Made by a program: the position numbers and the translations under genes. The notes beneath the pieces are model-generated. The model did not search any database. It was not told the origin of the DNA and saw only the letters and a list, made by a program, of their open reading frames with translations. From IMG/VR virus record IMGVR_UViG_3300021356_000007, positions 27,889 through 91,888 of that record: DNA of 64,000 bases. The stretch is one strand, 5' to 3'. This document shows positions 8,105 to 16,543 of this stretch, piece after piece. The number at the start of each line of letters is the position of its first letter. The stretch's first letter is position 1. The stretch comes from a virus.

Positions 8105-8925
8105 ACTAATCCCTTCAATAATCTCCAAGCCATATTCATCGGCTCGCCTGTTTGTATATCCCTTTCTTCGTCTCTTCTCCTTACTGCATCCCTAAACGCA
8201 GGTGGTAAATTAGCATATTTATCAAAAGGCTCAGGTGCAGGCGGAGGAGTTTGTAAATCTTCAAAGGTAGACGGTACATCTCTTGGGAAGAAATCTACCC
8301 TGTTAGGTAGCCCTTCGTGGATTCTTGAGTTGTTGTGTGTATCTTGCTCAGGAAGTATAGGGCTTGTCGTAGGTAAAACATGTATGTTTTGTCGAGTTTT
8401 ATCATTTAGCATACCATGCCCTATAGTCTTGAGTTGCAACTTATCATTCTCATCTAAGTTAAAATGAGGAGTTACGGTATGACTCAGTCCCATTTGCTTT
8501 TCACTTTCGTCAAGTTTAGGGTCATCAGTTCTCATCACATCAAAACTCAGACTAGGTTCACGCTCATCTAGTCGCTCATCAGATGCAGGCTTCTTGAGTT
8601 TCATAGCCTCAATTATCTCAGGATGATTGTTAGCCAAATCGTTAGCCATAAAGGAAAAGATGTCTGCTAAATTGAACTTATAGCCTTTCATACCTCTTTT
8701 CTTGAATGCATTCGGCAACTCTTGATTTTCATTGTATCTCTGACTTAATCGCTTTTTGTAATGCTCATGAGGGTTAGCGTTAACATGTTCAAGTGGTTTT
8801 CTACTCTTCACCCTGTCCATCATTCGTTGTGACAAATTGTCGTAATACTCTTCAGGGAGGTGATTAAGTAAAGTATAATCTTTGAGTAAAACCCAAGCCT
8901 GCTGTAGACTATGGCTTTCGCTCAT
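8101..8925 (-). CDS. Hypothetical protein carrying the AWxxLK motif at both ends
   Basis: N-terminal SLQQAWVLLKD, C-terminal IQTGEPMNMAWRLLKG; internal HEHYKKRLSQR. Confidence 0.7.
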   Translation of the reverse strand: MSESHSLQQAWVLLKDYTLLNHLPEEYYDNLSQRMMDRVKSRKPLEHVNANPHEHYKKRLSQRYNENQELPNAFKKRGMKGYKFNLADIFSFMANDLANNHPEIIEAMKLKKPASDERLDEREPSLSFDVMRTDDPKLDESEKQMGLSHTVTPHFNLDENDKLQLKTIGHGMLNDKTRQNIHVLPTTSPILPEQDTHNNSRIHEGLPNRVDFFPRDVPSTFEDLQTPPPAPEPFDKYANLPPAFRDAVRRRDEERDIQTGEPMNMAWRLLKGLV

Positions 8926-8962
8926 GGCTGTCGCATGTTTGCACAGAACAAAAAGATTAGGG

Positions 8963-9024
8963 TGGCTGACAGGAAAAAAAGAGGAAGTGCAACCCCGGTT
9001 GGTGTTAGGTCGGCCTGTCAGCCA
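8963..9024 (-). terminator. 11-bp stem-loop containing a T-tract on the minus strand
   Basis: TGGCTGACAGG (8963-8973) pairs with CCTGTCAGCCA (9014-9024). Confidence 0.5.
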
Positions 9025-9048
9025 AAGTTGAATCCAAAGTAGACTATA

Positions 9049-9186
9049 TTATTCTTTTGTAAAAAGAGTGCACATTTCACAATACCAAGCGAGCCCTCTG
9101 AAAACACCGTTGACTTTCATGTAAACTCTTTTGGTAGGATGATGAAAACAATGTTCGCATTTGATGCTTTTTCTTTTACCCGCCAA
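9049..9186 (-). CDS. 45-aa Zn-ribbon micro-protein
   Basis: Hand translation from TTG after GGTGAGG RBS: MAGKRKSIKCEHCFHHPTKRVYMKVNGVFRGLAWYCEMCTLFTKE. Confidence 0.55.
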   Translation of the reverse strand: MAGKRKSIKCEHCFHHPTKRVYMKVNGVFRGLAWYCEMCTLFTKE

Positions 9187-9247
9187 GTCCTCACCCGCTT
9201 ACAGGGCAAGTGAAGTGCATTCACTACTTGTAGTTTGGTGTCACTAT

Positions 9248-10501
9248 TCAGGCTGACCTATCAATTTCACCCTGAACCTTAGAACCATCTTGGCGACCCA
9301 TGTTCATTGCTGCCTGCATAAGTTGCTGTCTAGCAAATTGTTGTGCCTCCGGGCTAGATGGGTCAGCGAATGCTCTCATAGTTGGTGTATTTCTTAAGCC
9401 CGGACTTAGCATTATTTCTTTTTCTTCAGCACTCATAGGTTGCCTTTGCATGTCATCCATTGCTTGTCTCCTTGCGCCAGTCATCCTTGGCTCGAATAAT
9501 TTACGAGAAACTCTCTCAGGTTTGTCCTCTTCGACAGGTGCTTCTTGTATTTTAGAACCGCCCGGTGTCATCATACCTTCGAGCATTGCTCGGATTCTAT
9601 CTTCTTGGCTCATTTCTTGAGGTGCTTCTTCTTGTTCAGGTTGAATGAATCTAGTTGTCATACCGGATAGAGGGTCTTTTCCAAAACCTCCAGTCTTCAT
9701 ACCTTCGACATTGCTAAGTTTTGAAGCAGACCTTTGACGAGCAAATGGATTTCTTTGGACCCTGCCAGTCTTATCACTGACTACTGGCTGATTGAATTGG
9801 TCTGTTTGCATACCAAGGTTCAGTAAATTTTGACCTGACCTAGCACCACCTCTAACATCGAACCTACCGCCTCTGCTACCTGAAACCATACGGTCAGCAG
9901 CAGATGTCATACCTTCTCTACCTCTTGCTCTTTCAAGCGGAGTAGTGAAACTTTGTTCAGGGTCTACATCCATCATAGGGATAGTCTGTGTAGGGTGTCT
10001 CACTTCTAGTTGCCCTGTGTTTGGGTTCAAAGCCATACTCGTACCCATTTGGTCTACCACATCTTCTCTTAGAGGACTGATGTCTCTCTCGATAGCAGCG
10101 ACACTTTGAGGGATAGGGTCACCCCTGCCTCCTCCAAGGTTACCTAGAGGAACTGGAACGCTCGCTGTCATTTCACCGGGTCTTTCTACATCACGCTGTA
10201 CTGCGTCACCTCTACCACTAAAGGTATCAGTCATCCCCTCTAGTTCAGCCCTTTGCTCAGGAGTAAGCATCTCCAAATCTTTACCTCTTAGTCTGTTGAG
10301 CATACCGCCCCTCATTGTCGCTACTGGGTTCAAAACTCTTGTAGCGATACCTTGACGATTATCTAAAGCACTGTCGCCCATGTATTCATCAATGTATTCG
10401 TTAGACGGCATACCTGCAATAGCAGGGTGAACTGTACCGTATATACCCTGTGCGCCGGGTTGTGCTTTCAATGTAGTCCAAGCGTTTTCGAGTGCGCTCA
10501 T
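9248..10501 (-). CDS. Low-complexity Met/Gln/Arg-rich protein with AWxxLK leader; putative internal virion protein
   Basis: MSALENAWTTLKA start; T-rich TATA-like box about 25 nt upstream. Confidence 0.7.
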   Translation of the reverse strand: MSALENAWTTLKAQPGAQGIYGTVHPAIAGMPSNEYIDEYMGDSALDNRQGIATRVLNPVATMRGGMLNRLRGKDLEMLTPEQRAELEGMTDTFSGRGDAVQRDVERPGEMTASVPVPLGNLGGGRGDPIPQSVAAIERDISPLREDVVDQMGTSMALNPNTGQLEVRHPTQTIPMMDVDPEQSFTTPLERARGREGMTSAADRMVSGSRGGRFDVRGGARSGQNLLNLGMQTDQFNQPVVSDKTGRVQRNPFARQRSASKLSNVEGMKTGGFGKDPLSGMTTRFIQPEQEEAPQEMSQEDRIRAMLEGMMTPGGSKIQEAPVEEDKPERVSRKLFEPRMTGARRQAMDDMQRQPMSAEEKEIMLSPGLRNTPTMRAFADPSSPEAQQFARQQLMQAAMNMGRQDGSKVQGEIDRSA

Positions 10502-11343
10502 GAGGTGGGGATAGCGAGACCACTAAAAAAAGTGTTGATTGATTTTGCAAAGTCAGTTGCTTTCCCCAGCATCTTCTCGTCTACCCCTGTTTCAAAGCCC
10601 CAAGCGTGTAGATGGCTGACAAGAAGGGCAGTATCAAGATTAGCCCCGCTGCCCTCTGCGAAGGGACAACCACCCAATCCCCCGATGCTAGAATCAAATT
10701 GCCTGATACCGGAAAATAAGCCAGCCCTAACAAGCCTGATTGCCTGTTCTTCTGAGCCTTTATGGTGCAAATGCAGAGCCGGAGTTAGGTCTTCTTCGTA
10801 TACAATAGAAGCCCAGTCCTTTACCTCTTGCTCAGTCGCAGCACCAACCGTATCGCTGAGAACTACAGTAGAGCCTAGCATCTTCGCATCTCTGATGCAA
10901 GACTTGATTTCTGACTCAGAAAAACTACCGCTATATGGACTACCAAACGCCATGCTTATGTATACCCTAACTAAATCCTTGGGGTAAGCGTTGAGCATCG
11001 TCTTGTACATCAGAACAATTTCGCTTCGAGTCTTACCCATGTTCTTCAGGTTGAATGTCTCACAAGGGCTGAACACGATGTTGATGTAGTCCATACCTAA
11101 ATCCATAGCCCTGTCAAAGCCCCTCTGATTCATGACAAGCCCAGCACCTATGCCAGTCCAAACTTCCTCTGCATCAGCCATCTGCGGCAAGATTTTCGGG
11201 TGAGCGAAACTGACTTCCTCAATCTCAGTCAGCCCGCTGTCATACAGAAGCCCTATGAGTTTCTGTTTGTCAGAGGTAGGGACAAAGTGCTTGATGTATT
11301 GCAACCCATCTCTAGGACCAACTTCGTAGACTGTGATTTTCAT
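10498..11343 (-). CDS. hmgL: Hydroxymethylglutaryl-CoA lyase (DRE-TIM metallolyase), auxiliary metabolic gene
   Basis: EVGPRDGLQ, SFAHPK..PQMADA, LSDTVG, HLH metal motif, GLGGCPFA..GANL. Confidence 0.88.
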   Translation of the reverse strand: MKITVYEVGPRDGLQYIKHFVPTSDKQKLIGLLYDSGLTEIEEVSFAHPKILPQMADAEEVWTGIGAGLVMNQRGFDRAMDLGMDYINIVFSPCETFNLKNMGKTRSEIVLMYKTMLNAYPKDLVRVYISMAFGSPYSGSFSESEIKSCIRDAKMLGSTVVLSDTVGAATEQEVKDWASIVYEEDLTPALHLHHKGSEEQAIRLVRAGLFSGIRQFDSSIGGLGGCPFAEGSGANLDTALLVSHLHAWGFETGVDEKMLGKATDFAKSINTFFSGLAIPTS

Positions 11344-11478
11344 AAGACCGTTCATACGAGTCCGGTGTAGAAATTAAACTTGTTGGTGATTACTCAAGTA
11401 GAAAAACTAGCGGGCTCTTTGGTATACCAAATTTTCTGTAAAATTTTTTTTGTTGGAACGCCGTGTGCGGTTAAAGGA

Positions 11479-11590
11479 GGCTAAACTCCCGTCTAAACTC
11501 CATCCCTCCGTCTAAACTCAGCCGTCTAAACTGCCGTCTAAACCGCAGTCCCCCAGTCTATAGACCGTATCACAGCGAGCCCGTCTAAAC
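11479..11590 (+). repeat. Cluster of iteron-like CCGTCTAAAC repeats
   Basis: GTCTAAAC at 11491, 11510, 11524, 11536 and 11583; variants at 11479 and 11819; one more copy at 11834. Confidence 0.85.
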
Positions 11591-11888
11591 TCCAGTCGCT
11601 CGTAGGCGTACCTCTCGTATGTCATGCGTACCGTTGGTATTCGAAAGGGGCATTGGTGTCCATGTGAGCGAGCCAGCCCACACACTAATCGGGGTACTGC
11701 GAGCCAGTCGAGTACCAGTGGGCGGGCTGGTACTCGTGGGTAGGTGGTGGGGCGTGGGGAGTACCTCCCTCAACCCACGCATATGGGTGGTACATATTGC
11801 CCATTACCATACTTACACGCCTAAACCCCATGTGTCTAAACGCACGCATATGATTCCTCTGCTAACTGGAAAACGATGGACTGAGCCG

Positions 11889-11914
11889 AACTGGTTATAA
11901 AGACCCAACAAAGG
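11889..11914 (+). promoter_or_regulatory. Early promoter copy 1 (variant)
   Basis: AACTGGTTATAAAGACCCAACAAAGG; TTATAAA is an archaeal TATA box. Confidence 0.7.
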
Positions 11915-12082
11915 AGATGTTCGCCGAAAACGGCAGTCAACAACCACCTCCCCTCCCCTCCTCGACACATGGGGTGGGGCAGTACACCCTCATGGTGTAC
12001 TACGGTGGTGTACTCGAATGGTTTCGAGTGCATCAGGGTGGTTGTATATATCCTGCTAAATGATAACCGACTGACTGAACAG

Positions 12083-12108
12083 AACTGGTTATAAAAACCC
12101 AACAAAGG
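12083..12108 (+). promoter_or_regulatory. Early promoter copy 2 (variant), upstream of first early gene
   Basis: AACTGGTTATAAAAACCCAACAAAGG. Confidence 0.75.
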
Positions 12109-12159
12109 ATATGACTGCCGAAATCGGCAACCAAAACAAAACAAAAAGGAGAGATACAA

Positions 12160-12810
12160 ATGAGTAATAAACACACAATGGAACAACTGAAAGTAACAGG
12201 GGTAGCAATACCTGTGCAATTCAACGCTTGCACAGAGTTAATGAGGCAACATGTAAATGCCAAAGGTAGTGCGAAACTTGCGCTACCTATACAACCTGAC
12301 GCTTTTGAGAACGGTAGGCTTGAATGGGATGACAAGATGAACGACTTTACTAAGGCTGACATCCACAGAGGTCTTGCGGCTATCGTGAAACTGGGTCAAG
12401 AACTGAACATAACAAATGCAAACGGACTACCAACCGCAGGTAAGGCTGTCGGTTCAAAGGCTATCCTAAGCAGTTACCACACACCTACAAGAGGCAAGAA
12501 CATAGGCAAGAGATTCTTCAACATCTTGATTGTATGGCAGAAGATTAAGCAAGCAGAGAAAGCCAACGCTAACATGCAGGCTCTTGAGGTTGCTAAGAAA
12601 TTCGGTATGCAAGTCTATGTCGAAACAGTCACACTGAAAGACGGTTCGCACAGAGCATTCACTGACATCAAGAAAGCAATGGGTGCATATTGCAGACAAA
12701 ACTTTGGTAATGAATGGCACAATTCGCCTAACAAAAGATTGTATCAGGCTGAAGCAATGGGTGCTATCATGTCTGCTGATGACGAAAGAATCGTTCACCC
12801 ACAAGAGTGA
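12160..12810 (+). CDS. Hypothetical basic protein, first gene of the early block
   Basis: 216-aa ORF with AGGAG RBS downstream of promoter copy 2. Confidence 0.75.
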   Translation: MSNKHTMEQLKVTGVAIPVQFNACTELMRQHVNAKGSAKLALPIQPDAFENGRLEWDDKMNDFTKADIHRGLAAIVKLGQELNITNANGLPTAGKAVGSKAILSSYHTPTRGKNIGKRFFNILIVWQKIKQAEKANANMQALEVAKKFGMQVYVETVTLKDGSHRAFTDIKKAMGAYCRQNFGNEWHNSPNKRLYQAEAMGAIMSADDERIVHPQE

Positions 12811-12837
12811 ACCTATCAAACTCATACAGAAGTAGTA

Positions 12838-13255
12838 CGGCGTTATGCCGAGACCAACGATTCCCCAGCGGGGAGGGGTAGTAACAATATCCCCCGCATC
12901 ACATTCCACTGGAGAGAGAATGCTGACGGGCATGGTGGCGACTGAGGTGTAAGATACCTTATCTCGAAACATCTATCTGTAACACGACCAAAGAATTCGG
13001 TCAGTGTTGAAAACCGAGGACAACATACGCAAGTATCGAGTCGCCTGTTAGCAGACGGGAATGAACTAATCTCGTAGCGGTGAGAGATAATTGACCGCCG
13101 ACTGGGTGCGATGCCCAGTTATATTCGTGGTTGCTACCCTTCTTGGAAAATAAAGCCACACCCTCGGAGAGCCGTATGCAACCAGCATCCTCCACCTACC
13201 CACGGCATTTCATTATCACATTCCACCAGCCTCTTACCTGTAAGGTAATCGAGGC
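12838..13255 (+). ncRNA. Candidate large structured non-coding RNA of unknown class
   Basis: No credible ORF; many complementary segments, e.g. GGCGACT/AGTCGCC, AACAC-GACC/GGTC-A-GTGTT, ATAC-GCAA-GTAT, ACTGGG/CCCAGT, TGGTTGC/GCAACCA; strand inferred from flanking transcription. Confidence 0.5.
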
Positions 13256-13419
13256 ACTGCTAAGAAGTAGTAAGAAATAGTATAGTAATAATACAATTAA
13301 TACAATATATACAACATACTACTTTACTTTATTATAATATTAGGGGCTTACCATATTGTTGTATATTATATTCCGAACATTGAATACATTGAATTAACCA
13401 TAAAAAGGAGACTGAAAGC

Positions 13420-14157
13420 ATGACGATAGCATTTGTGAAAGGACAAAGAGCAAGAGGAAAGAGACTGATACTAACTGGCGATGCAATAGTAAGACAGTTA
13501 CATGAACTAGCCGAGGATATAATCTACCATGATGTAGATGAATACAATAACTTGGGTGACGAATGCCGTGTGCCTCCTGACTATGCCGAGGCTTGTATGC
13601 TAGTAGACAATCTCAGGATAGTCACACAGAAGTTCCAAAAGATAACAGATAAGATTAGCAGGTGGGGCTATCAAAAATACTACGCTCAATCATACAAAGA
13701 AGGGAGTACCTTGAGAGAGATAGATGGCTTCGGACTTGAAGACTGGGAGTCCGAGTATCAAGAGAAAGCACACAGGTGCATGGGCAAAATACAGGAGAAG
13801 TTCGACACACTCATGGACACAATCAAGAACCTTGAGCCCAGTGACTTGCACGATTCTATTTCCTTTTTCGACCAAAGTTATCAAGCAAGTAGCGGGAGAT
13901 GGGAATACGAATCAACGAAAGTAGTCATTGTCAAAGGGTTCGATGACTTTGGTATCGAGGACAACAGAACACGCTACAAAGATATGACACTCAAAGAAAT
14001 GCATGACGCACAAGAGCAAGCGTACTGGGATAGCCTCTCCGATGCACAGAAGCAGAAGGAAGAGGAGTACGCTAAACCTGACATCACATACATGAGAGAG
14101 AACGGCTACACTTCCTTCGCATGTAATGACAACGGTACAATATCCTACTGGAGATGA
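13420..14157 (+). CDS. Hypothetical acidic early protein
   Basis: 245-aa ORF, AGGAG RBS. Confidence 0.75.
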   Translation: MTIAFVKGQRARGKRLILTGDAIVRQLHELAEDIIYHDVDEYNNLGDECRVPPDYAEACMLVDNLRIVTQKFQKITDKISRWGYQKYYAQSYKEGSTLREIDGFGLEDWESEYQEKAHRCMGKIQEKFDTLMDTIKNLEPSDLHDSISFFDQSYQASSGRWEYESTKVVIVKGFDDFGIEDNRTRYKDMTLKEMHDAQEQAYWDSLSDAQKQKEEEYAKPDITYMRENGYTSFACNDNGTISYWR

Positions 14158-14161
14158 TAAC

Positions 14162-14542
14162 ATGAGAACAAAAGCAGAATGGTTCGACCAACAACCAATG
14201 ATGAAAAAGCGGGTAGGGAATATTTCATATGAGATATGGGCTAATGGAACATTCGCTTGCACCGCACCTAATGGTGATAGGTTCAAGCATTACGATAGCG
14301 CAGAAGATTGGTTAGTCGCAAGAGGCATCACTAATGATGAAGAGTTAAGCGCAATGCAAAACGGTGAGAAAGAAGGATGGTCTTGCGACATGAACCGTTG
14401 GTTCGAGTTAATTGTATTCAAGGGTGAAGACAACTGTATGACAGAATTGTATTGTGATGATGTATTCTTTGAATGGGATAAAGAGTATGCAAGCACAGTC
14501 ATACACGAAGCAATCGAGAGAGATAAGGAGGTGAATGTATGA
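14162..14542 (+). CDS. Hypothetical early protein
   Basis: ORF with GGAG RBS, coupled to next gene by ATGA. Confidence 0.7.
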   Translation: MRTKAEWFDQQPMMKKRVGNISYEIWANGTFACTAPNGDRFKHYDSAEDWLVARGITNDEELSAMQNGEKEGWSCDMNRWFELIVFKGEDNCMTELYCDDVFFEWDKEYASTVIHEAIERDKEVNV

Positions 14543-14985
14543 ACAACAGTTGGCTAAGTCATAGTACTTGTAAGGTATGCAACCAAAGACTTGAAGCAAG
14601 CGGTCATCCCTACGGTGATGTATTCCTTTCATGCACATACTGTGGATGGTTCAGCGAGGAAGAGGATGGTGAATCCACATACCTCAACACCGAACCTACC
14701 ATGAAGATGTCAGTGGAAGTGATTGACCTCATGAACTATCTTCAATCACAGATGAAACACAACGACACTGTAAATGAAATTACAAGAGCAGTCATGGCTT
14801 GCTTGCGTACTAATGTGAACAAGGACTACCGCTTACAAATACAAATGTATGATGATGACGGTGAACTTTCATGGGAAGATTACAGTGAGAAAAGATTCGC
14901 TACTAAAGCACAAGCAATTGTGTGGAGAAATAAATACACAGAAGATGAACCATACAACTTCCGTGTACATGAGGTGATTGAATGA
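14539..14985 (+). CDS. Zn-ribbon early protein
   Basis: CKVC...CTYCG; GGAGGTGA RBS. Confidence 0.7.
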   Translation: MNNSWLSHSTCKVCNQRLEASGHPYGDVFLSCTYCGWFSEEEDGESTYLNTEPTMKMSVEVIDLMNYLQSQMKHNDTVNEITRAVMACLRTNVNKDYRLQIQMYDDDGELSWEDYSEKRFATKAQAIVWRNKYTEDEPYNFRVHEVIE

Positions 14986-15027
14986 CGACCTCATCGAGTG
15001 CTACTAAGGAATCGAAGGACTGGATAG

Positions 15028-15052
15028 AACTGGTTATAAAGAAACAATAAAG
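15028..15052 (+). promoter_or_regulatory. Early promoter copy 3
   Basis: AACTGGTTATAAAGAAACAATAAAG (exact 25-mer). Confidence 0.85.
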
Positions 15053-15055
15053 AAG

Positions 15056-15328
15056 ATGAACGGAGAAATTGAAATGACAATAACAATTGAAGAAAGAAAA
15101 GCATTGATGAAAACTGACGAAGGAATACTATGCGAGGTACTGATAGACATACTGGATTCACTGGAGGGAGGCGACATCATTGAGGATGCGACCACTCCAT
15201 TCGAAGCAGGTATCATACACACAATCAGTACCTTAACCAAAGCACTACTCGAATCAAGACTTAGGAATCTCCAAGTCCGTAAGGAAATGGATGACATCAT
15301 TAGGAACAAAACAAACACAGAGGAATGA
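15056..15328 (+). CDS. Hypothetical early protein
   Basis: ORF after promoter; true start may be 15074. Confidence 0.65.
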   Translation: MNGEIEMTITIEERKALMKTDEGILCEVLIDILDSLEGGDIIEDATTPFEAGIIHTISTLTKALLESRLRNLQVRKEMDDIIRNKTNTEE

Positions 15329-15768
15329 ACATGAAGATTAAAACAATTTACACAGTAAAACAAAAGCGAGTCGTTGAAGACTATTACAGAGTCGAAGCAA
15401 CGAGTAAGGCTGAGGCACTTCGCAAGTTCGAAGATGGCGAACACGGTTATGACTACGAGTCTTACACTGACAAAGAGTACAACCCAAGTGTCGAGAAACT
15501 ACACGACATACTTGAGTGTCCTAACAAAGGTGAGGCATGGACAAACATACCTCTCAGTCAAATCGCTGGTATTGATTTCACTAAGTATGGCTGGGGTCTT
15601 GACTGGCACTACAATGGTAAGTGTCAAGGTGAGAGAACTGACAGCCAAACGCACTGCCACAATTGTAAAAGTTCTATGCTCAGGGGACTCAGATTACTTA
15701 CACTTGAGGAAAAGAAATACCTCAAGAGAACTTACTCATTCAATGAGGACTTAAACACAGAGGAATGA
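15325..15768 (+). CDS. Hypothetical early protein (CxxC)
   Basis: ATGA-coupled ORF. Confidence 0.65.
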   Translation: MNMKIKTIYTVKQKRVVEDYYRVEATSKAEALRKFEDGEHGYDYESYTDKEYNPSVEKLHDILECPNKGEAWTNIPLSQIAGIDFTKYGWGLDWHYNGKCQGERTDSQTHCHNCKSSMLRGLRLLTLEEKKYLKRTYSFNEDLNTEE

Positions 15769-15950
15769 ACATGGAAGAAACAACAGAAGAACTAGCAATA
15801 TATGTGCTGAGATGGCTGGATAGAAACGACCTCAGCATGACTAACCTGAGAGAGATGATGGACTTGATGGCTAACTACAACAGAACACTTGAGGAAGCAA
15901 GAGACAGGCAGAAGGAGAGACAATACCAACACGGTGATACATATGAATGA
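15765..15950 (+). CDS. Small hypothetical early protein
   Basis: ATGA-coupled ORF. Confidence 0.55.
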   Translation: MNMEETTEELAIYVLRWLDRNDLSMTNLREMMDLMANYNRTLEEARDRQKERQYQHGDTYE

Positions 15951-16380
15951 TATAAAATACACAGAGACAAACCAAGCAGATACACTGAACAGACTGGACT
16001 ACCTCTTGCAGGTAGTCAAAGACAGACAAGCCATGCAGAGAGGTGACGAAGGATGGGAGTACGGCTTCGATAGTGATGCAGAAATCACCATCAGTACAGC
16101 GTACGATGGGGCTCTCATCAGACCATCTAAGACTATGGCTAAGCAATGGATTAAAGATTCATGGAACAGTATGAGAAGAATGTACGACCCTGATAACTTA
16201 CCCGATTACATAGAGTCTGTATCTCCTGAGTTCGACCTTGAACTTACGAAGTACGGTACGATTTGGTTGAGACCTCGTGTGAGAACAGAAAGGTCAGAAC
16301 AAAACAAAGCGTACCTTGCTGAAGCACAGCAAGCGAGAGAAGAAATTTATTCAAAGCACTACGGAGATGATGAAGAATGA
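15943..16380 (+). CDS. Hypothetical early protein
   Basis: GGTGA RBS before MNDIKY. Confidence 0.65.
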   Translation: MNDIKYTETNQADTLNRLDYLLQVVKDRQAMQRGDEGWEYGFDSDAEITISTAYDGALIRPSKTMAKQWIKDSWNSMRRMYDPDNLPDYIESVSPEFDLELTKYGTIWLRPRVRTERSEQNKAYLAEAQQAREEIYSKHYGDDEE

Positions 16381-16543
16381 ATGACGCAGATTGGATAATA
16401 TTATCACAGGCTGAAATAGATTACATTGTTAATTGTATGTGGTATTTACAATCCTATAAAGTAAATAGAGAAGAATTAGCGAAGAAAATAACGAGCCTAC
16501 CTGCTGGTAGAAAGAGGCTACAATACTGGGGAGATGATGAAGA

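Noticed and set aside
11479-11590. Mini-CRISPR interpretation of the CCGTCTAAAC repeats
   Set aside because: The unit is 10 bp with mostly 2-9 nt gaps, which is iteron-like rather than repeat-spacer.
11585-12362. Short ORFs in the strand-switch region (11585-, 11619+, 11836-, 12033-)
   Set aside because: No RBS, atypical composition, and they overlap repeats or promoters; likely spurious.
12838-13255. tRNA, RNase P or SRP RNA
   Set aside because: No cloverleaf or T-loop, no GAGGAAAGUCC-type P4 motif and no SRP helix-8 motif recognised; CCACCA at ~13223 lacks an acceptor stem.
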